In this document: one piece after another, positions 58,381 through 64,000 of the stretch
How positions within the stretch are numbered: the stretch's first letter is position 1
Layout of the letters: each line of letters starts with the position of its first letter
Assembly (NCBI GenBank): GCA_965267575.1
Contig: OZ254086.1
Span: 320,001 to 384,000, forward strand
Direction of reading: 5' to 3'
From: Calditrichales bacterium
GTDB taxonomy: Bacteria > Calditrichota > Calditrichia > Calditrichales > J004
DNA: 64,000 nt
Translations under genes and position numbers: made by a program
Notes under the pieces: generated by a model
What the model was told of the DNA's origin: nothing
What the model saw: only the letters and a program-made list of their open reading frames with translations
Databases searched by the model: none

Positions 58381-61300
58381 CTACCGGCGAATCGTCCTCA
58401 AAAGGGCCGAGGGCGACAGCCTTTCGCGCAGATCAAACTCAAACAGAACGCCGCCATAAAAACGCCACTCCTTGGGATAAACTACGTCGGCATTGGTCAC
58501 CTCATCCAGCGGATAGGCAGCCTGCACAAAAATGCGCGTCGGGAACAGGTTATACGAAAACGTATCCAGTCGCAGTTCCACGCCGACGTCTCTCTTAAAT
58601 TCCGCGGGATCAATATCGGAAAATTTTGAGGCATTAAAAGCGTTGCCGATTTCATAAAAAGCGCCCAGATAGGCTTTGTCAAAAATGATATGCCCCAACT
58701 TCCAGTCCAGATTCCGGCTCAACGGAAGGCGGTAAGTCAATCCACCGATCAGCATCTGGCGCCCTTCGATGCTGTAGTAGGGATAGCCGCGCAATCCAAG
58801 CAGACCGCCGGCGAAAAAGTTGAAGAAGCTGTCCACCGGCTTATCGATGAAACCGCCGCTGAGCTTAAGACCCAGCGCGTGCGAAGAAAAAAGCGGATTC
58901 TTGAAGTAGGCTTCTCCGCTGAATTCAAGCTGGTGGTATTCGTATAATTTGAAATCTTCCAGCCCAAGCTGGCGGTCCGTGGCAAAGCCCTGGATAAAAT
59001 CGTTGCGCTGATAGCGGTAGCGCGCGAAATAGTAATAACCGCCGGAGGGGCTGATCTCCCTGAATCGGTCCAGGCGCAAAGCATCCTGTGAAATCGTTGC
59101 CTGAATCTCATGGCCGCGCAGATAGTCGTAGCGAATCGTCGGGATCTGGACAATGTCACCGTTTGTATCGCGCGATGTGGCAGGGTCCAGCTTTGCACTG
59201 TACAGGCTGCGCACGTAGGACAAAGAGACGTCCCATGCATTCCAAAGCTTAAAAGCCGCCCCGGCACGGAATTGCAGCAGGTTAAAATTCACGTTTCGCT
59301 TAAAGCGCAAAAACCTGTTTTCCCCGCGCTTGATGCTCAGCGTATCGCTGATATTGGCGGTGGAATTATACGCTTCCAGAAACAACTCAGGACCCAACTC
59401 GCGGTAGGAAAAATAACCGTAGAGATCGTAATCCAGGTCGCTGTTGACCGCTGCTCCGGCCACCAGGCTCATTTCATCCAGCACATCGGAAGAGACAACG
59501 TAAAAGCCGGGCTTGATCGTGCCATAATCGATCAGCAGGCGCGGCAGAATTTGGGTGCCGGTAAATGTGCGTTGATGCGGGCGTGTATCAAATTGTTTGA
59601 TCGTGCTGTCATCAAAGTTTTTGTCGGGTACATTGTCGGGATAAGCGGGATCGTATTGCGCCAGTTGCGGATCGACCGGCTGCGGGTTTTCCAGCAGGTA
59701 AATGTGGTAACCGATGCTGTCATAACAGCTATAGACGATCTCGCCGTTGGAGGCAATCGCAGGCATGAAAGCGCCGCCGGTCACGTTGGTCAGCAGTTCT
59801 GTCTGGCCGCTGTTTAAATCGCGCTTATACAGATTGTAGATGCCTGTGCTGCTGGCGCTGTAATAAAGCGTATTAGGCTCGTCCTTGCGGAATGCCGGGT
59901 AGCGCAGTTCCTCTTCGCCTTCCAGGAGCAGGTCGAATGTACCGCTCTCCAGGCTGTAACGGCCGATGTTGCGGCCATACTCGGTGCTGGTATCAAAAAC
60001 GATTTCCATATCTCCGGGTCGCCAGCGCGGGTGGTATACCTGCCGGCCATCCTGAAAGGCGACCAGCTGCGAAAAGCTGCTGCCCAGGTACGATGCTGGA
60101 CGCAGGGTGTTTTTGCTTTTGTTTGTCACAACGCCGGTTTCAATATCGAATTTTATCTCCGTTTTGTTTTCATCGTCAGAGGGGTTTTCCGGCAATGTCA
60201 AAATATTTAGGGCGTGCAGGCCGTTTGTTGAGCTTACAAACACCAGCTTTTTACCGTCGTTGCTGAATGCAGGATTGGAAGCGCGCATGCCCCAGGTGAT
60301 GCGATGCGTCTCATCTGCCTGCGTATCAAGCAGATAAAGATCATTTCTCAAAGACCTGTTTTTATTGTAATCCTGTTTGGAAAATGCAATGTACCGACCA
60401 TCGGGCGACCAGCTCAGGCTGGATGAAATCTTTGAAGCGAATTCTTTTGTTTCGCCCGTGCCACGATCGTAAACCAGCAAAAAATTCTGACCGAAATAAT
60501 CTTCGCCGCGGTTGGAGACATAGGCAATCTTGCGCGCGTCCGGCGAAAAGACCGGGTAGAGATTACCAAAACCCTCTTTCTCAATCGCCGTACCTTTCAC
60601 TGGATTGGCGCGGATCGTTTCCGTGCGGTTGAGATAAACGGTTGTCAGAGAATCTTTCCAATTGGCGTAAAGAGTATCCGTCGGCACACCACTGGCTTCC
60701 TCCAGCACACCGTCAAAAGTATAGCTGTTCCAGCGGCCGGAGATAGCCGTGATATCGGAAAATATCTTTTCGCCAAAACGGTCGGCCAGGTATTTGCTGA
60801 AGGAAAACCCCAGGTTGTAGCTGGATTCGTTGCCGTGGCTGGTTTTGCCGAATACGGACATTTCGTTGTAGGTCAGCATCTGCTCATTCAAAATGCGGTC
60901 GCGGATGATCATCTCGCGGTGCGGATCGCGGTAATCGAAACGTTTGGCGTCACTCTGATATTGGGAAACACCTTCGGCAAACCACACCGGCATATTGATA
61001 GAGCTGACCGGGTAAGAGACCAGCACGTTGGGAAAACCACGCACCACATCCTTGCGGCGTTCTTCTTCATAACCAAAAAGCTGGAAAAAGCCATAGGGAA
61101 AAGTGAGATTAGATTTCACCGTTTTCTGGATCGAAACCATGTGCACAAATTCGTGGGTGATCACATCGCGCAGCCAGTTTTTGGTTCCGCGCATTACATA
61201 ATCCAGGTTGGTGGCCCAGATCTCCATCTTGTTGTTGAAAAAATAAGCGGCGCCGTTGGAGTAATCGTCCGTATCCTTGATGATCACGTGGATGCGCTCG

Positions 61301-61524
61301 ACCGGCTCGTAATCATAAAGGCCGGTAACCGCGGGATAGATATCTTCGATGATTTGGGCAGCCAAAAAGGCGGTGCGCTCCGTGCCCTGGTGGAAATGAA
61401 AGGTAAAGTGCTCGGTATCGAAGCTTTTCCACTCCAGTTCGGGGTGGCTGTAATCAAAATATTGCGCAAATACCGTATGGGCCGACAGGAAAAGCAGCGC
61501 CGTAAAAATCCATTTTTTCATCAA
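58381..61524 (-). CDS. Outer-membrane fusion protein: gluzincin (peptidase MA-like) domain, PD40/TolB-like propeller and Omp85/BamA-like barrel
   Basis: THEFVH plus WFAEG; FSPDARKIAY, WSPDGRYIAF, FSNDGKKLVF; C-terminal GGLLGLRGY and amphipathic beta strands. Confidence 0.8.
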   Translation of the reverse strand: MMKKWIFTALLFLSAHTVFAQYFDYSHPELEWKSFDTEHFTFHFHQGTERTAFLAAQIIEDIYPAVTGLYDYEPVERIHVIIKDTDDYSNGAAYFFNNKMEIWATNLDYVMRGTKNWLRDVITHEFVHMVSIQKTVKSNLTFPYGFFQLFGYEEERRKDVVRGFPNVLVSYPVSSINMPVWFAEGVSQYQSDAKRFDYRDPHREMIIRDRILNEQMLTYNEMSVFGKTSHGNESSYNLGFSFSKYLADRFGEKIFSDITAISGRWNSYTFDGVLEEASGVPTDTLYANWKDSLTTVYLNRTETIRANPVKGTAIEKEGFGNLYPVFSPDARKIAYVSNRGEDYFGQNFLLVYDRGTGETKEFASKISSSLSWSPDGRYIAFSKQDYNKNRSLRNDLYLLDTQADETHRITWGMRASNPAFSNDGKKLVFVSSTNGLHALNILTLPENPSDDENKTEIKFDIETGVVTNKSKNTLRPASYLGSSFSQLVAFQDGRQVYHPRWRPGDMEIVFDTSTEYGRNIGRYSLESGTFDLLLEGEEELRYPAFRKDEPNTLYYSASSTGIYNLYKRDLNSGQTELLTNVTGGAFMPAIASNGEIVYSCYDSIGYHIYLLENPQPVDPQLAQYDPAYPDNVPDKNFDDSTIKQFDTRPHQRTFTGTQILPRLLIDYGTIKPGFYVVSSDVLDEMSLVAGAAVNSDLDYDLYGYFSYRELGPELFLEAYNSTANISDTLSIKRGENRFLRFKRNVNFNLLQFRAGAAFKLWNAWDVSLSYVRSLYSAKLDPATSRDTNGDIVQIPTIRYDYLRGHEIQATISQDALRLDRFREISPSGGYYYFARYRYQRNDFIQGFATDRQLGLEDFKLYEYHQLEFSGEAYFKNPLFSSHALGLKLSGGFIDKPVDSFFNFFAGGLLGLRGYPYYSIEGRQMLIGGLTYRLPLSRNLDWKLGHIIFDKAYLGAFYEIGNAFNASKFSDIDPAEFKRDVGVELRLDTFSYNLFPTRIFVQAAYPLDEVTNADVVYPKEWRFYGGVLFEFDLRERLSPSALLRTIRR

Positions 61525-64000
61525 TGCACAACCAGTATCTTAATCCGTTTACGTTCCGTTGTTTGCGCCGATTTGGCTTCGATCTGGCACAGGTAAATAC
61601 CCGATGCGATGTCGTTCAGGTCCAGCCGCACTTCATTATCGGCATCGCCCTGCCCCGGCCCGCTGAATGTCTTGACCAGATCGCCCGCCGCGTCAAAGAG
61701 GCGCAGCGTCACCTTGGCGTCATCATTCAGGTAGTAGCGGATGATGGTAAAGTCTTCCGTGTTGGGATTGGGATAGTTGTAAAAGCGCTTGTTCGCGAGC
61801 AGGCCCCCGCCAAGATCCATGGATTCCAATACCTGCGGATTATAGTTGTAATTGTCAGCCGTGGGCATGCCCCACACTTTCGCGCCGATAAAGTCAATAG
61901 TAGCCGGCCAGGCGCTAACCCTGCCGCTGTTGGATACAACCGCCCAATCCGGCGCAACGCGGGTATCATCTCCACTCAGGGTAATCAAAACAGGCCCCGC
62001 GCTGTGGTTGCCCCCTGCCGCCAGGGGAAAGCCATCCACAATCTCACCATTTTGGTTAAGCAACAGCAGGCGCCCCAGGTTTGTGCTGATGGCGACAAAC
62101 AAATCATCCCGGTTATTTTTGATTACAGTGGGGGAACCGGTAAAAGCTTCGTCAATTTCCAGGTGTGGCGTAAAAGGAAAGGCGTCCAAAAGAAACCCCT
62201 GCTGATTCCGGGCTACAATTTTTTCCCCGGTATTATAAATAATGTCATACGATCCGTTTTGATCAAAGTCGGTCAAAGTAAACGGTGCGATAAGGCTGTT
62301 TTTAGCCTGGAACAGCTTGGATACGCTGCTGCCATCGTAAATGCTGAAGGTGTTGCTCCCGGCGGAATAGATAATTTCACGCGGTCCGGCGGCGGTCAGA
62401 AAGCCGGCGCTGTAGGTTTGCTCTATGCCGCTGAAAGACGCAAAAAGACCCGGCACAAAACGGTGTACAGGTTCGGACAATTCTTCGGTAGACAAAACCG
62501 CGCCGTCAAAAGACATGTTGATCAGTCGCGTGTCATCAACGGTAAACCACAAGGTGCCGCCGCTTACCACCAACGGTGATGACACCGTGCCACCTGCGGG
62601 CACAGCAAAAACTTCGCTGTAAAAAGCGGGGCCCGCATAAAAACTGAAAAGGGAGTCCTGCCCCGAGACAAAAAGCTGCTCATAGCGGTCGTCCTCATCA
62701 ACAGCCGCAAAGGCCATGGAAGGGAGCCCTGCTCCACCCGGCTGCACTTTCGCAAGCAAGGTCTGGTTGTCCGACAGAAGGCTCGTGGCGTTTGCCCCGA
62801 CGGCATGCACTTCGCCATTGGCGCTAAGGGCAAAAAGAAACCCCGGAAGACCGCCCGGGAAAGAGGAACGCCATACAGCGGGACCATTCCAATTCGATAA
62901 TTGCGCCGGAAAACCGGGCAGGTAAAAATTACGGCTATAATTAAAGGTAATCTGGCTGCCGGCATCGCGGCTAAAATTGCTGATGTTGATGCCGCTGCGC
63001 GCGCGGCCGCGGTTGGACCGGGCGTTGGGGATGGTGGAATCGGAAAAAGTGTTTTTATAAAGTGGTGTGGGATTGTCACGATGCCAGAAGTCAAAAATAG
63101 TGCCCAGCTCGGAATTGAATCCGGCCTGCAGAATGCTGTACTCCTCTCCGATGTCCTGGCTGCCATCCGCTTCCTCGAGGTCAACAGCGCGATGTTCCGG
63201 ATCGTTGTTGATGTTGCGGCCGCCCGTTTCACGGATCACGCCCTCGTCAATATGCCAGATCAGAACACCGGATCCGGGTAGTCCCCAGTCATAATTCTCC
63301 ACGCTCAACAATACGCCGCTGGAATCGGAAATCTCAATGCGGTCCGGCAGATAAGTCTTTAGCACCTCCATGTAAGATGGCACCTGCTGGCGCCCTTCGG
63401 ACAGTTCAAACAGCAGGCTGTCGATGTACACGTCGGGGTCACCGCGGTACTCCAGCAGGAAATGCTCATCCTCGTTCAACGGCGCCTTAAATACCTGGCG
63501 GCCGGACGCCCCGGCGGGATTAAAACGATCCAGCGTGACAGACATGTTATCGGCGCTTGGGAGTAACGGTGCTTCCCAGCCTAATTGCAGCCGGTGGAAG
63601 GCGTTGGGCGGCGCCGGTATCAAACCGCTTAGGTTAAACAAACCCGCGTCCATCAGCGAAAAACGGCCCGTACCGGAGCGCTGCTCTTCCGCGCTGAACA
63701 GATCGTACAGTCCCAGATAGCTGCCGATGTTTGACACGAAAATCCCGGTTAAAGCGGCCTCAAAACCGGCCTGGTTTTCCGTCTCCGGCAAAACAATCGC
63801 CTTATTGATGGGCACACCATCCAAAACGATATTCTGCAGCGAATCCGGGGCGTTCAGTTCAAGGAATTCCTCTGAAATATAAAGAGATGGGATGTCCTGC
63901 GGCGTCTCGTCAAAGCCAACGTTGATATCACCGCCCACCCCGGCGTGAAAAATCACCACCAGGTCATACTTGCTAAAATCGAGAGCCGGGTCTTCGTCTG
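61521..64000 (-). CDS. M6-like secreted protein lacking HExxH, with FG-GAP-like repeats and sorting tail (5' end outside the window)
   Basis: Frame open to the window edge (DFSKYDLVVIFHAG); SNIGSYLGLYDLF, FSLMDAG, LIWHIDE, VDLEEADG; DFDQNG, GFP repeats; YNYPNP...ASGIYL tail. Confidence 0.8.
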   Translation of the reverse strand, partial: DEDPALDFSKYDLVVIFHAGVGGDINVGFDETPQDIPSLYISEEFLELNAPDSLQNIVLDGVPINKAIVLPETENQAGFEAALTGIFVSNIGSYLGLYDLFSAEEQRSGTGRFSLMDAGLFNLSGLIPAPPNAFHRLQLGWEAPLLPSADNMSVTLDRFNPAGASGRQVFKAPLNEDEHFLLEYRGDPDVYIDSLLFELSEGRQQVPSYMEVLKTYLPDRIEISDSSGVLLSVENYDWGLPGSGVLIWHIDEGVIRETGGRNINNDPEHRAVDLEEADGSQDIGEEYSILQAGFNSELGTIFDFWHRDNPTPLYKNTFSDSTIPNARSNRGRARSGINISNFSRDAGSQITFNYSRNFYLPGFPAQLSNWNGPAVWRSSFPGGLPGFLFALSANGEVHAVGANATSLLSDNQTLLAKVQPGGAGLPSMAFAAVDEDDRYEQLFVSGQDSLFSFYAGPAFYSEVFAVPAGGTVSSPLVVSGGTLWFTVDDTRLINMSFDGAVLSTEELSEPVHRFVPGLFASFSGIEQTYSAGFLTAAGPREIIYSAGSNTFSIYDGSSVSKLFQAKNSLIAPFTLTDFDQNGSYDIIYNTGEKIVARNQQGFLLDAFPFTPHLEIDEAFTGSPTVIKNNRDDLFVAISTNLGRLLLLNQNGEIVDGFPLAAGGNHSAGPVLITLSGDDTRVAPDWAVVSNSGRVSAWPATIDFIGAKVWGMPTADNYNYNPQVLESMDLGGGLLANKRFYNYPNPNTEDFTIIRYYLNDDAKVTLRLFDAAGDLVKTFSGPGQGDADNEVRLDLNDIASGIYLCQIEAKSAQTTERKRIKILVVH

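Noticed and set aside
61524-62579. 351-aa plus-strand ORF
   Set aside because: Antisense to the M6-like CTD gene.

Overview
Chromosomal 64-kb window from an FCB-superphylum bacterium. The gene set, with many [14 protein letters not shown] exoproteins and GGAGG-type ribosome-binding sites, suggests Calditrichota or an Ignavibacteria/KSB1-like lineage; this is inference, not a database result. Contents in order: (i) a PAS histidine kinase / REC-HDOD / REC signalling trio (1-2.9 kb); (ii) nine secreted proteins across the window with a Por/T9SS-type-A-like (FlgD-Ig-like) C-terminal tail: a PQQ/di-haem dehydrogenase, M6, M4, S8 and M30-like peptidases, two Asp-box proteins, a TBDR partner and an M6 homolog lacking HExxH; (iii) an AT-rich three-cassette integron array (12.16-15.24 kb) with three attC sites, an attI-like site and no intI, where stacked miniature inverted repeats occupy the expected integrase position; one cassette encodes an N-terminal-Thr (Ntn/proteasome-like) protein; (iv) dprA, obgE, a PorV/PorQ-family barrel, murI, an amidase and an ABC-2 exporter; (v) a co-oriented locus: Asp-box CTD protein, TonB-dependent receptor, CTD protein, PorV/PorQ-family barrel, GWxTD protein, S8 protease, preceded by a near-consensus sigma70 promoter and a start-less 13-nt anti-16S element; (vi) rsmB and the ffh-rpsP-khpA-rimM-trmD-rplS cluster running into envelope genes; (vii) an operon of the HExxH-less M6-like CTD protein, a gluzincin/PD40/Omp85-like fusion and two paralogous small exported proteins. 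No rRNA, tRNA, CRISPR array or transposase was recognised. All family assignments come from motif recognition by eye.
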